Source: Schmidtea polychroa
Lineage: Eukaryota
NCBI GenBank assembly: GCA_044892525.1
Contig: CM097885.1
Span: forward strand, 23,622,001 to 23,686,000
Direction of reading: 5' to 3'
Length of the DNA: 64,000 nucleotides
The notes below the pieces were generated by a model, which saw only the letters and a list, made by a program, of their open reading frames with translations, did not search any database and had not been told where the DNA came from. This document shows, piece after piece, positions 14,700-29,082 of this stretch; the stretch's first letter is position 1; the number at the start of each line of letters is the position of its first letter. A program made the position numbers and the translations under genes.

Positions 14700-15320
14700 T
14701 TAATCAATTGTATATTCTCCATCTTTCTCTTTCTGTTCTCATTCTTCACCGGTCAATTACTTTATTGATACCTGATTCGAAAAAACATTGAAGCAATAAA
14801 CAAGTCCATGTGGTTTTTTTTAATATCCGATTTTGTTTGATATTATTTTCGGTAAAGAAAATGTTACAAAAATCTATAAAGATGATAGTCGCTTGGTGTA
14901 ATGTCCGGAGAATACGTTGGAGGAAGAAGAATGTCCCAGGAAAATCCATTAAATATTTCTATTGTCTTTTTTGAGACATATGCGTAAGCGTTATCCTGGT
15001 GTAAAATTACCTTTCTTTGATTAACAAGCGCTGGTCTTTTATAAACCGACTATTTTTTAAATGATCCAGCTGAGCACAGTATATGTCTGTCTTAATTGTC
15101 TGCTTATAATCCAATAGTTCATAAAGGATCAGGCTCTTCATATTCCACCAAATGCATAACATTATCTTATTGGGATGTATTCCTGTTATTGGAGTAGGAA
15201 TTGGGGATTGGTTGGTGCTCAACCACTGAATCTTGCTTGCTGTATTGTAGTTAAGAATCCAATTCTCATCTCAACTCAAAAACAATTCATTATGTTCTCC
15301 ATTTATTAAAGATTGACAGA
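14700..15320 (-). pseudogene. mariner transposase remnant (C-terminal catalytic half)
   Basis: IHPNKIMLCIWWNMKSLILYELL resembles the mariner K(V/I)MLxxWW..GI.xYELL block, followed by DNA (HDNA-like) and YSPDITPSDYHL (YSPDLAPSD motif). Frameshifts and stops present. Confidence 0.85.
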
Positions 15321-16704
15321 TTAAAATGGACTGCGCGATGCTTCCTTCTAACTGAAGTGTAAAATAAAGAAATTTGCCTTTTCTGTAAAAAAAGCTTATG
15401 AGTTCTTAAAATATACTTTTAAACGACATTTCATTGTCAAACATACGAAAAATAAAGCAGGTTTAACTTCAAAGGTTTTGAGAAATGAAAATCAGAAAGA
15501 TTAACGAAATTATTTTTCATTTTGCTTCACCCGTCTTTCTAGTTCAAATTATAACGTTGTCCTTCAACTGGAAGGTTTGCAAGACGCTGTTGAAGATTAT
15601 AAAGGAATAATAATAAAGAAAAATACATTGGTCCTGTACAAATATTTTATTTTTAAACACTCATCTTTAGATTTTACATTAAAACGAACGAGTGCTTTCA
15701 TGACCAAATATTTCATGCTTGAGTGAATGTCTAAAACATTCAACCTTTCTACAAACGATTGCCGATTATATTTCTGTTTATTTTCTGTTGAAAAAATAAT
15801 TTCCCAAACATTTATTTGAGATTATTTTAGATTTTCTCTAATTTTTGCCGATAAAATAATTTATCGATTAATTGAATTAGACACTTTTTAGACACTTTTC
15901 TGACGTCCAAATCTGGCGACTCCCGATTAGTAAATAGAGGTCCACGTCTTGATCCAAGCCGATATTGTCAAGTTTTATAAAATAAGATTATTTATTGGAC
16001 GATTTATCTAATCTTTTTTTCTGTTTCTGTTATTGATCTTGTAATTTTGGTGAATTATTTTACAATAAAATTGTATAAATTAATCAAATTTTAATCATTA
16101 TTTGGAGTTTAATTTTCACCCTTAAGGGTGTCGGGACTTCAAAGTAATTGAATTAATAAATGGAAGGAATTAAAATAATTGAAACGATGATTTCTTAATG
16201 CGTTGACTCCTTAAAGGCTTATTTGTTTTTACTTGGCACGCCAAATGTATACAAGGTTTCATTTTATAACCCGAAAATATTTCTAGCGCTTCCAAGATGA
16301 CGATGTTGCTGAGTTCGATTCCGGATCGAATCAAGTATCATATGAAAACCAAATAAGCTCGAAACTAGTCCAACATTAGAAATTGCATTAAATATCACTT
16401 TAAAACTTTATTTAAATTTTTATTTAAACATTGGTTCAGTCGCCTTTTGTGAATATTTCATTTTTGTTTGATTATGCATTAATGCATTGATGATATTACA
16501 AATTTTTTCATTTCTGTTTTCTGGAACAAAGGTTTTTTTAACTTTTGGAAACTTAAATCACATATTATTCAATTGGTCGTTAACGAGGTAAAAAAAATCA
16601 TTCTTAGAACCATGATTTGTAAAGTTTCTTAGGGTTCTAATAAAAAAATACCATAAAAAGTCAAAAGTTTTAAATAAATCAATCTTAAGAGTATGTCTCA
16701 TATG

Positions 16705-17275
16705 CAGGAGCGGATGGACCTATCGGGCATCGCCCGGTGGGCAATTAACGCTTTTTGGGCCAATACGATATCAGCTATTCACTAAGTTTTTTTCTCATTA
16801 TCTACATTACAACAATTCAATACAGAATGCTTAATTTATGTTTAAAATCGTAGCGTGCCGAGTGTCGTGCGCAGGATCTGAGCCAATAGAAGACGATCAT
16901 TATAGCCGACCGGTTCGGTTCGGCTATAATGTGGCCTCTGTGGTTCGTACTGAGTTTCGCTACCCTTTGATAGTGTGCGTTTGAAGTAGTATTATTGAAA
17001 TAAGTTTAATAAAACATACTTTGGTCTTAGTGATTTTATTTATGGTTTAGATCTAAGACCTCTATCTTTTGGTATCCCAATCAAACTTTCAATATTTACA
17101 TATTGTTTCTGTTAATGTAATTTTGCTCAGTAGTCATAAGAATTAATGTGCTAGGACAAAAATAAAGACAAAATTGTCGTTTCGACCTGTCCGAATACCA
17201 CTAACGGCACTCTTAACATATTACAATTAAATGACCAACAAGCCTGGGCCAATTTGATCCCTCGGTCCGACCCTG
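16705..17275. mobile_element. hAT-type non-autonomous element
   Basis: Ends CAGGAGCGGA / TCCGACCCTG (8/10 inverted). Near-perfect 8-bp TSD CTCATATG / GTCATATG. Confidence 0.75.
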
Positions 17276-17789
17276 GTCATATGTGACTTATATGGTCGCC
17301 AGCGTATTAAATTTAGTTATAATTAATTTGAATAGTTTATTTATATTTTTTTGATTAAAGAAATTATTTTTATGATATAATTTATTGCATTGTGCTCTAC
17401 AACAGCAGTGTGAGTAGCATAAAATAGTCATATGGGACATTGAAGAACTCGTATGTTTTAGGTTCGCCATTACTGCTATTAACTATGAAGTTTGAAGAAA
17501 AATATTGAGATAGTTGGAGAAAAATATAGAAGGGAAGAAACAGCATCATATGCATTTAAAAAAGCAAACATAAATTAAATAAACCAGCATATTGAGGAAG
17601 TTCGATTGAAGAAGTAGTTTAGTAGTCATTACTTTGGACTATTACTTACTCTGTGTTGTAATAAGTCCTGAGTTTCGGTTTTTGAGTGGTGAATCTTTTG
17701 TTTAGTTGTGTTAGCAAAAATCAAATCGATTGTAAATGTAAAAGTTAATAAGCATTGATAATATCGAGAACCTGTTTTTGTTATTAATG

Positions 17790-18190
17790 CAGTGGTTCTC
17801 AACCCGTCTTCCGCGGAACATCAGTGTTCCACGGTTACGCTTCCAGTGTTCAGCGAAAAATATGACATTTTTTCTTTAAATTTGCATTTAAAATGCATAT
17901 CATCAAAAACCTCAATTAATTTTTTTATAAAATGATTCAATAACAAGGCCGTTACACAGATATATAAACAATGTTTATTAAACATACAAATATAAAAGTG
18001 TTTTTATTGCTTGTAATGGTTGCGCGTGGTATTTTCTTTGCTTATAAGAAGGCATTGTTTACGTTTACAACAGATTTATAGTAATTTGTGATTGGTCACT
18101 CATTGTGGGCAAGCATTGTTTTGTCAGTGTTCCTCGTAAAAAAATCATGTGAATGGTGTTCCGCGCTTTTATATTAATTGAGAACCACAC
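17790..18190. mobile_element. Charlie-like hAT MITE
   Basis: Ends CAGTGGTTCTCAA / TTGAGAACCAC(AC), subterminal TGTTCC(A/G)CG repeats. TSD not recognisable. Confidence 0.65.
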
Positions 18191-21100
18191 TTGGAGTCAG
18201 ATCAATAATCTGTTTTAATTTTTTTAATTTTACCAACAACCCCACCATATATTGATCATATGTTAATTGAAACAATAGAAAATAAAATTTAGACAGAGTC
18301 ATCAGGTTCCATAAAAAATCGTAGTAATGAGGATGTTATCAAGTGCAAAGTACTTACATTCAATCACAACGAGCTGAACTCACAAAGAAAGATCGAAAGG
18401 AATATAATACAAATAAAATGTCACAATTATATAATCAAAAAAATTTTGATAACCAAGTGATAGAGATAGGACTTTTTGTGTAACTAATGTTTTCTCAAAA
18501 TTCCTTTATCAATCAAAAGATAATGGCTTTGAACATAAGGGTCCTTCCCGAATTCAAAGGGTTAAATAGCATTTGAGTTATTTATTCAATATTTTAAAAT
18601 TGATTTTATTTAGATTTATTGTTTTGATTTATAATTGTTTACTTAGCTTCGTCAACAAATCTTTATGGTAGCATTCAATTGATTCCATCTAATCGGATTA
18701 ATTATTTCGTTCCCAACAAACCGATTCGGAATTCCTATCAAGTTATCAATGAAGGGGAGCAAGCCTATAATCTCGAGACATTTCAACAACAGTCCTTTTC
18801 CAACACCCTACACAGTCCTGAAACCATTCCGAAGCTATGCTCATATCAAACCTTATCCTTTAACTCTTTACCGCCTTATAATGCATAAGTCTAATATACA
18901 GAAAATCTCATTTGCCATTATCTGTAATTTTATAAGCACAAAAATCTGGCAGACAAAAAAGGTAAAAATTTACGGAAATTATTTTTTTTATTGATTGAAT
19001 TTTTTACATAAAAATTCCTTCTGTATTAATTTTGTTGTAAAATATCGAGCCAATTTGATTTCCACAAATTATTTGTTAAATATCCGATTTTGTGAAATTT
19101 TTTATGGATATTGATATTTGTAGACAAATCAATAAATGTTTTTTAAATCTTTTTCGTGTTTTTTGAATAAATTTATAAAGTATCCCTGAAAAAAATTCAA
19201 GAAAATTGTAAAAGAATTTTTAAAAAATTTTACATAATTATTTTTTAAAATTATTTGATTTTAAAATTTCATTTATTTTTATTATGGCTATCTATCAAAT
19301 TTTTCCATGTTNNNNNNNNNNNNNNNNNNNNNNNNNNNNNNNNNNNNNNNNNNNNNNNNNNNNNNNNNNNNNNNNNNNNNNNNNNNNNNNNNNNNNNNNN
19401 NNNNNNNNNNNNNNNNNNNNNNNNNNNNNNNNNNNNNNNNNNNNNNNNNNNNNNNNNNNNNNNNNNNNNNNNNNNNNNNNNNNNNNNNNNNNNNNNNNNN
19501 NNNNNNNNNNNNNNNNNNNNNNNATTACTTAGTCGAATATAAATAAAATATGAAAAATTATTTAAATCTAGTTTCTAAAGAAAAATTTTTATCTTTATAG
19601 ATTCCCCTTAAAAACTTAAAAACTTCCCCTTAAAAAAATATGATACAATTATGCTCTTTTGAGATACTTTCTGGTTGGTCTTTGAAATATTTTTGTCGCA
19701 CAAGGAAATATTTTAAAAAATTGGAATTCTACAGACCTTTATATTCAAATTCTTTCTATTTCTAAAGCACCAATTTCGAATTTGATTGAATAAATTTACT
19801 AATTGAGAAAAGAGAATTGGTAAATAAAGCAGGAAATGAAGCAAGTAAAGGGTCAGTTAGTTTTTTTATAAATTTAAAGGAATGGGATCAGTTTGGTAGA
19901 GCAAAAATGAGTAAACTATTTGTTGAAAATGAATAGAAACTATATATTGTTTTCTATGAGCTTAAATTTAAAAAAACGAATAAAATTCTATTGGATAAAA
20001 TTCAAGAATTTATTTAAGAATTTAAAACAAATGTATGTAAAAACATTAGTATGTTCATAAATGAATAAATTGAATGAAAATATTTTTTTTAAAAAGTATT
20101 GAAAATCTTTTGGATGAAATATTATAAACTATAAAATTATAACAATTGTGAAATTCTAGTTGATGCTGAATTTGTATGACAGTGAATTATTTGAATTATT
20201 TGTAAAAATGTCTCAAGGAAATTTGTTTACAAATTTTCATTAAATAAATTTTTAGAGCTTAAATTCTTATTTAATTAAAATGGAGTCATATGATTTAATA
20301 CTCATCATTTTATGCTAGTTTAATTAGAATAAATTCGATACGTGATCGAAATTATAAATGAAAAATTAAACTTTTTGGGATGGGATCAGAAATGAATGGA
20401 AACTCATTTTTAGGTTTTTTTATTGGCGACTTACGAAATTCATGTGGAACATTTCAGAGAAGGTTTCCAGCCATTTAAACTGATTAAAGTTTGTTAGCGC
20501 TAATATTCAGATGGTTTATACAATTACGTCGAAAATATACGAAAATGTATAAAAAATTAATTAAATCATTAAAAATTTTGAAAGTGAGTACTTCTTTCTT
20601 CACACTGTAGACAAAGGAGGCAATCATTTGTTTCGACAACGCATAAAAGCATATCATTATCCATAAAAGATATACAAAGTAAACTAAGACGATAACTAAT
20701 TACGGCTCTTCATACACTTGGCATGATTTTAGAATAAGGTGAGAATTATACCTAGGAAATTAAAACTTCCTCTTTCCTTCAAGAAATGAAATAGAATTCA
20801 GAGAAACGGTAATCCAAATGCCCAAATCCAATCATGGAGTTCTGTTTCCGTTTATTTATTTTGCTAACTTTCCTGATATTGTCTCATTTTATTTTTATAA
20901 TTCTATAACTCAATTTTTTGTTTTAATTGATAAATTGCCTAAAATCTTTTTACTAATAAATTTTTGTATTTTTTTGTTAAAATTACATTAGGAAAAAAAC
21001 GCTATAATCTAATTAAAAATCTGGTAAATTTTATCTTGATTTAATCGCTTTTAAAAATTGAAAATAAAATTAGTTTTTTGAAAATTATTGCAGCATTTAT

Positions 21101-21654
21101 TTACAGTTGATTTAATAAAGTAAATAGTTTGCGGCATTTTATATATCCGAGAATTTTAATATATCAAAGAAAACGACAAAATCTTTATTTAAAATATTAT
21201 TTATTTAATTTTCTGTAAAGTTATTTTAATTAATTATAAATCGAGGAGAAATATACACATTGTTGTTGACACACAAAAGACATGTAAATTCAAACACAAT
21301 GAAATATTATTAAACCTCACCAAATGAAGTTTTTTTTGGGTTGTTTGAATTAATCGGATGAAGTAACTGTTTTAGTGGAGAATAAGAAAATTCAAAATGG
21401 AGTCGGTGCTTTTGATATTTCTGTGAATATTGTTACATCTTTCCGTCATATCAATGTAATTCCTAAATTATTCATTATACTGTTTCATAGATTAACTTTT
21501 CTTAGTTGTTTTTATCCTATTTTACTTAATTTTTCTTTAGATTTTTGATAAAGCGAATGAAAATACAACAACTTCTATTAAATGACGAAAAAAAGGAATT
21601 AAGTTATTAAATTTATTAATTTCAGAAGCTAAATATTAATGAAATATTTGAAAT

Positions 21655-21674
21655 TAATAATAATATTATTATTA

Positions 21675-21733
<59 letters not shown>

Positions 21734-21755
21734 AATATTATTATTATTATTATTC
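21655..21755. repeat. (TTA)n microsatellite
   Basis: Visible trinucleotide run; explains the poly-Asn ORF 21629-21838. Confidence 0.95.
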
Positions 21756-23399
21756 AAATTAGTCACATTTTGAAATGACAAATTCTTAAAAATAATTGAT
21801 TCAGAACAACAACAAAAGTCAACTGATTTGGGGGACATCGAAATTAGAAAAAAAATCAGTGAAAACAGGAAATATTGTAATTGTAATTGAAATATTGAAT
21901 CGTTTAAGTGTTTTTATGTTGATGTTATTTTTTTCTAAATATCTGATGGAATGTTTGCCATGTAAATTACATTAACAAATGTAAAATGTTAGGTTGGCAT
22001 ATCTAATGATCAATATTTTTATAAACAAAATTAGCCTAAAAATAAACTTAATAATAATATTATAATTGAAATAAATGTTAAAATAAAAAAATCTACTAAA
22101 ACATTTATGTTTAATCGACAACATGACATTTTTATTTCAATGTTATGAAAAAACCAATTTTTCTTTATTGACTATTTCAAAAATACAATTGTTTAAATAA
22201 TGGTTTTAATTATTTCAGTTTCAAATTTTATATTAAACATTGATAGATTATAATTTGGAATGCTAATTCTCTCATTTAGTTATAAATAAAGTTTTGCATT
22301 TCGAAATAAAAATTGTTATTATTAAAATATTTTTTAACTGTTATATGGTAAAATTTAATTAATATGACGTAATTAAATCACCATATTAATTAAAATAAGA
22401 AAATAAGATCCAGGTGAAAATTTCAGTAAAATAAATCAGAAATTTTAACAGCACTCGAGTTAAAGTTCAAATAATAATATTATTTATTAAAATAATGAAT
22501 TTATTTTGAAGCATTTTTACTCTAATTTTACACGTATTTTTGTTGCGAGCCCTGTTGACATAAGGAAAAAGGGTAAATTACTAAATTGTCAGTTTAATTA
22601 ACCCAATAATTGTTGTAAGACAAGAGCTGTTAATTGCTAATTGTTCATTTCTCATTCTAAATCTTTCACATTAATTATTTTTTTCATTCGAATTTTGTGT
22701 AATTTTTCCAAGAAATTCAACATTAAAATTGGAAGTAATATTTGTATTTTGACATGATTCTTACATTTTGATTTTAATTTTATGGCCTAAACCGGTGATG
22801 AGCATATTTTATGTCATTTTTTTTAATTTAATTTCCAGTTCAAATATCTTATTTAAAATAAGTCTCTCAGTATTTACACTACGTGACTGACTTTGTATCT
22901 ACTCAAAGTCTAATTAAAAATTCTGATATTTTAAAGTATAGCCTGACAGAGTAAGTTTTTAACTTTGTTTGCTACCAAAATATTTTAGGTATTTATTCTT
23001 GCCTACCTTCCTACATTCATTTGAAATTCTTCAATTCTCATAAATTTCGAATTCATTTGTGAATAGCTCTTACACCTGTGAATGGCATTACATCAGTCTT
23101 ATTCATGTGTAATTCACTTGCGCATTACTCACACTTACATCACATTATCTATAACAGGCGCTAACATTTGTACTATATCTCATTCATTATTATGAATTTC
23201 ATTATGAATTCTTTTTCATCCGATTTCTGTTATAAATAACAAGGAAAATGCTATTAAGATTTTACAAGACAAATGTATTCTTCATCAACAGCGAACATGG
23301 ATCAATGGTCATCAGATGTATTTGTTACTTTTGAAGTGTCTATGTAGCCATAGAAAATGCAGACAATAAAAGCAACTCGAAAGCGTTATCAATGATCAA

Positions 23400-23890
23400 A
23401 CTATTGTTTATTTCATATATTGTTGGAGTAAGCAATTGACTACCGTTTATTTTTCAATATGAACCGGACATGCCATCGGCTGAAATAAGAAAATAGAAGA
23501 ATGTACATTAACAATTCTTCGCCAACCAATGCAATTGGAGGTGGATGAATCTTGTTTTATGAAACGTAAATATAACAGAGGAAGGGAACCGGAACAACAA
23601 TGGGTCGTTGGTGGAATGTGCAAAATGAAACCAAAGAACACTTCTTGATTTCTGTTGGTACTGTAACCAAGAAATTTTGATTTAATTTTAAAAGAAAACA
23701 TGAGCAATTATTTATATTTTTATTCAACTAGTCACTTATATGTTCAAAATATTTGTGATAATGATAAATCCTTAATTTCAGCAATAATTTCATTCAAAAT
23801 TGATTCTTATATTTTCAGAAAGTATTTTTTCACAAATTCTCCATCAGAAAATAGTTTAAATTTTTTTTGTAAAATATGGCTAGCTTTAAA
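23400..23890 (+). pseudogene. Merlin / IS1595-family (ISXO2-like) transposase remnant
   Basis: From ~23535: LEVDESCFMKRKYNRGREPEQQWVVGGMCK then (frameshift) ETKEHFLISV, matching the VEIDES..KRKYNRGR....WVFGG signature. Confidence 0.8.
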
Positions 23891-23899
23891 AGTATGATA

Positions 23900-24010
23900 A
23901 CCACTTTATGCTCATTGGATGCTCAACGTTGGTACTGTGGGCTTATCTTAGTGCACTATAATCTTCAACTATTCATGTGGGTTCGTGGACTACTGATAGA
24001 AGTTTTGGGT
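23900..24010 (-). repeat. Partial copy of the structured-terminus family (upstream domains only; tRNA-like domain missing)
   Basis: 16-nt exact match TCAACGTTGGTACTGT (23923-23938 = 32128-32143), plus collinear blocks ACCACTT, TAG..CACTATAAT and GGGTTC..GGACT..GATAGAAG shared with 32105-32235. Confidence 0.75.
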
Positions 24011-24069
24011 CTCATTTTTGCTACGGTCCCTCATTTATCGAATTTTTATTTTAAACCAAAAATTTAGAA

Positions 24070-24450
24070 GTCAATGGTTTTTGATTTTCAAACAATATGT
24101 TTCCAATACTACAACTCTTCTTGCACCTGCTCTGACATCATCTTTGACGGGATCGCTTTGTTCAAACTTTGGCGAATGTGTCCCGCTGCATGGGCTTATT
24201 TTTTGGCTCTTCACCAATTTCTTTCTTTTAACAAGTTTACAACAACTCACATGATGTGGTAAACTATTTTCCCACTTTGTTATTTTCTGGTTGGTTTGAT
24301 CCACTGGAAATTTTCCAGATGTGTCCCAATCATCAATGTCGTTGTTAGTTGCTTATTGACTGGTTTGTCCGTTTGTGCCTTCCAACTGCTGAACTTTGAG
24401 TTTCAACGCTTTGACTTTCATCTGACTCTTTGATTTTGACTGACAAGCAT
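24070..24450 (-). pseudogene. Decayed homolog of the 32348-32818 coiled-coil/basic ORF
   Basis: Minus-strand translation MKVKALKLKVQQLE aligns to VELRALRLRVRELE, and AHAAGHIRQ to KAARARIRQ. Same position relative to the structured terminus. Stops and frameshifts present. Confidence 0.6.
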
Positions 24451-27400
24451 CCACTCAAAACACTCGAATTAAAACACTTAGCTGTACTGCACCGTGTCTT
24501 TAGTCAGTTAAGTCCATCTGCTTTGTCATAGCTTTCATGTCTGAGTAAAAAATCTTTACGATAAGTTCCACTAACATAGAAATGATTAAAATAAATAATC
24601 TAAAACCCCAGTCGTTAGTGTCAGCCCTCTGTTTTAAGAAAATTTGTACTCCTACTAATTATAGATTCATCACTCATTTTACTTATTACCTTATCGACTT
24701 GCATCATTCTTACTCATTTCATTAGGACAATAAAAAAATTGAATCGTTTAGGGCATTCGGCACGTAGACTCATAAAATTAATAAGATAATGCAACAAATT
24801 CGTCAAACCATAAAGTTTATTAAGATAATGGATATGAAAAATAATTTGTAGACAGGTGGAATAATTTCCGATCGGTGCTGGGAATCGCACAGCTTCGAAT
24901 CTTTCTTTCCACCCATCTCAAACGGAAAATTGCGGTGTGATGGTTATGCTTTGCACGAGCAGTGGTTGACGTGCTAAATTTAAAGTGGGCTCCATCTTTT
25001 CTACTACTGTCACGAGCTCCATGTCGTCATTTATCACAGCACACGAGTGGAGGAATTTACCTAAAATGTTTGATTCCATAATTCAATACGGAAACGTGAC
25101 CATCATCGTATCTCAAATTTAACCTATTGAGAGCTTTACAATTACCCATAATTTCGGAAACGATAAATAAACAATTGCATGTAAATTCGATCGGCATTTA
25201 TTCCCTCAAGCTGTCTCGGTCATCACATGTGCAATCAAGAATTTCACAGTATCTTTATTCCAGTAATGTACGGTAGTTTTCCTTAGACGGGTTTTTATAT
25301 ACGTCATTGTCAAAACCTCGTGACATTCTCATTATTATATTTTATAGTAGTATTCCCATTTTGTATTTTATCATGACTCTCTCCTTTTTTATATGTCTCG
25401 CTTTCATATTTTATAGTAATATTCCTTCTTTGGTGTCTCGCGTTCACATACCATCGTGTCATTCTTGTAGTATATAATGGGCTCCATGTATCTTGATTAT
25501 GTATTGACGCAAATTTTAATAAACTGCCAATTTGAGTTTCCTGAGTCTATTGTCTCGTTCTTCTACAGATTTTCTCTGCAGAGTGTTAAGAATTCTCTTT
25601 CTCAGTATGGCTGCATTTTACAATTTCAGATCTGTGGTAATTATCTCTACACACCGACCCTGTGGGTTTGCAAAACCATCCACTACCTATTATGTTCCTA
25701 ACGTCTTCGTTACCAACTAGTTAACTCAATTCCACATCTTGTCGTATAATATTTCTGAACAGCCGATGCAAATATCATTGGCTTCGATCGACGTAACAAT
25801 GCATTTGGTGTATTTGCCGTAAATTCCTACTACCGATAACTTTTTTTCTTTCCAAGTTTTGATTGTATTTATTTGCTCTCGCCGTCGTGTTTTCACTGTT
25901 TTTGTTGAATTAACGTTATACCGTCGCAGGCCTTCCTACGACTCTCAAAAATTATTAAAAGAAATTCTTCAATGAACAACTTTCGACTTTGGTGTTGATA
26001 TCTCATTTTATAGGGCTTCATTGATGTTTTTACATGTTTGAATTTAACTCGACTTATAGTCATATGTGCATGCTATTTTCCGACACTTTTCGATCAAAAT
26101 TTATGGAAAAAGTCAGTTTTTGTATATAGGAATGACATATAAAAATCATTTGAATTATTGTTCTTCATCAAATACGTTTATCATTATTTAAAAAGGATTG
26201 TTTTGATCCATTATATGCAACTTTAAGCAACCAATAATTCATATAAATAAATAATAATACCGTATTTATTTGATTGTTAGCTAAACTTTAATTTAAAGCA
26301 GTAATTATGATCGTTTTTCGTTTTCCTGTCGGTATCGATAGTAAGCTACATTAAATATTCTACTAGTGATATAACACATAAAAATTTAATATTTTAATTA
26401 ATAACATTGCTGTCATTTCACATAAAATTTTGTTACAAAATTTAGAAGATGTTGGTTTTTAAAATCATAAAAATGTAGGTTATCTTGAAATTTATTGTTA
26501 TATCATTTGAAACTTTAAAAATGAATTTATTATTTGCAAATAAGCAAAGCTACTAAAGTAATTTAAAAACTAGAAAAATAGTTCGGTTTATAATCGAATA
26601 AATAAGGTATTAAATTTCATACGAAATTATCTATTAAATTGATTTTGTTTTAAAATTGTTAACATTTGAAATTTATTGTAATTTAAAAAATACAGATATG
26701 TAGTCAAATGCTAAAAATTTGATGATCCGAATCATGTTGGCGATTAAATTTATTATTTATCAAGGTTATTTATTTGTATTTATGATAAAATTTATTAAAA
26801 ATCTTTTTAACAAGTATGAAAATAATATTTATTCTATTCTATTATTTTTATCAATTCGTTTTTTTAATTATTTATCCACATTTCCAACGGCCATTTTAAA
26901 TAATTTTTATATTTATATTGCAATATTATCGGTAACTTTTATTAATTTTATATTGTAAATTATTTATTGTCTATTCTTTAAAAATGGTTTTCATAATTTT
27001 TAAACTTAGTTATCGCTACGTAACATTTCCGTAAACTAAGAAATTTTCATTGGTTTCTTACATAATAAAAAAATGTCAGAATTTATTTCCAAGTAATTTT
27101 CTTTTACCTTTAAGGCTTATTTAAATAATTGTATTCCTGTATTCATTTCATCAGTTGTCAATAGTTTAAGATAATAAAAATTTTGATATTTTAACTAGTA
27201 AAAATATTGAATTTATTTCAAACTTTACAATAAAAAGTTTAGTTTGGCCAAATTTATACAACATAAATCAATAACAAACTTTTTCTTTAACTTTCAACAG
27301 TCGATTGGTGGCATGAATTTTTGTATTGATTTTAAAAGTGTTGGTATATATTCAAGTTTTGTTTCTTTAACTCTTTCACTTCCTACCTTTAAGAAATTGA

Positions 27401-27729
27401 AATACCGGCTGAAATTAAACATTTTTTCCCAGTTACAATTAATATAAAAGTTAAGATGAATTAGAAATTTAAAAGTTTTTGAAGAAACGTGCAAAAAAGT
27501 TCTGCTATTGTGTGCAATTATATAAAATGGTCTTTACAAATAAATGTTTATCATTATAATCAAACAGTTGAAAAATCACAATATAAAAACTTGAAATACC
27601 AAAAATGTTGCTTTTCCATTCTTTTTCTTGTATACCATGTTCAACTGTTTGACAAAGAAACTTAGTATAACAAAATAAAAAATTATAAAATTCGTACATA
27701 AATATTACTATAATTTAATTAAATAATTT

Positions 27730-28549
27730 TTAATATTTCCAAATAGCTACTTGGATTTTGCTATATTCTTGAGGTTTAGATTTTTTCACCCTGGTATCAT
27801 CAGCTGAATTATGACTCCTCAACCAACTTGTCACGTAGGGTATTGAATTCCAAGTTTCTAGTGACGACAAATTGAGTACAAAGTCATCAAATTTGATAAG
27901 GTTTTGACTGTCAATCTGAATCTTATCAGTAATTATGATGTTCATTAATGAAAATCATCGTTCTGCTTCAGCATTGCTCATGTCAATCGTAATACTAATT
28001 TCCCAAGTACTCAGCTCCAGCAACTTTGCTAGATCATAAATTTGGCTGTTATTAATATTTTTTTGTCGGTTGATCGTACTTCAGAGCAATCTATCAACTT
28101 TAATTTCATATTTTTTATGATGCTGTCGAAAAGAGAATCTCTGGGTAGACTTTCATAAACTCTGTTTTCGACAAATATAATGTTTTTGAATGCTTCGAAG
28201 TTAATAACCTCATTCACTTTTTTCGTAACAACCGCGACGATCTTTGACTATTTGAAAAGCATTAAATGTTATTCTAATTAGTTGATCTCCCCTGGCAATG
28301 TTTATATTTCTAGATTGAAGAGCATGATATAGTAGAGATCACTCCTGGAAGATGTCAATCATTAGTGCTGAATCTATTAGGAAACATTTATTTTGTAATC
28401 GTTTTGTCATTCCAAAAAACTTTTGGTTATAGTTAGAAAAAACCATAAAGCAGGGTGACTTCGCCACACAACAAGCGCAGATCTTAGGCTGTATGAAGTC
28501 CATCTTGGTTCCAACACTCTTCCAATTTTAATCATATCCAAAATAAGGT
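27730..28549 (-). pseudogene. hAT transposase remnant (KIAA1586/ZNF862-like), C-terminal half
   Basis: IKIGRVLEPRWTSYSLRSALVVWRSHPAL, SNAEAER*FSLMNIIITD (dimerisation-domain motif) and ..YVTSWLRSHNSADDTRV. Runs into the N-gap at 28550. Confidence 0.75.
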
Positions 28550-29082
28550 NNNNNNNNNNNNNNNNNNNNNNNNNNNNNNNNNNNNNNNNNNNNNNNNNNN
28601 NNNNNNNNNNNNNNNNNNNNNNNNNNNNNNNNNNNNNNNNNNNNNNNNNNNNNNNNNNNNNNNNNNNNNNNNNNNNNNNNNNNNNNNNNNNNNNNNNNNN
28701 NNNNNNNNNNNNNNNNNNNNNNNNNNNNNNNNNNNNNNNNNNNNNNNNNNNNNNNNNNNNNNNNNNNNNNNNNNNNNNNNNNNNNNNNNNNNNNNNNNNN
28801 NNNNNNNNNNNNNNNNNNNNNNNNTTTCGTTGGAGTCTTTTAATAAAAATACTAACAACCTATAAATAATGTTGCGTGCCCACTGCAACACTATTACACA
28901 ATAAAAAATATATTATAAAAATTCTTAAAGTTAACACGTGTGAAATAATCAAATTTTTATACATTTATACAAGCGTTTAACTGTTGTAAGAACCTTGAAA
29001 ACTATAACCAGTTTTCAATAATACGATATAAAACAATATAAAGACTATTTTTAAAAAAATATATAAAATCACAAATTAATCA

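Noticed and set aside
21629-21838. Poly-Asn ORF, and the Ile/Thr/Asn-rich ORF 45766-45960
   Set aside because: Translations of trinucleotide microsatellites.
23040-23160. Possible C2H2 zinc-finger remnant
   Set aside because: No frame gives correct C/H spacing.
25300-26250. Possible second piggyBac remnant (minus strand, traces of a Cys-rich tail)
   Set aside because: Motifs too decayed and no TTAA/TIR ends found.
137-28891. ORFs in the track that span N-gaps (137-637, 1292-1573, 7094-7581, 10647-11083, 19255-19546, 28532-28891)
   Set aside because: Their length comes from runs of X across assembly gaps; they are not evidence of coding.
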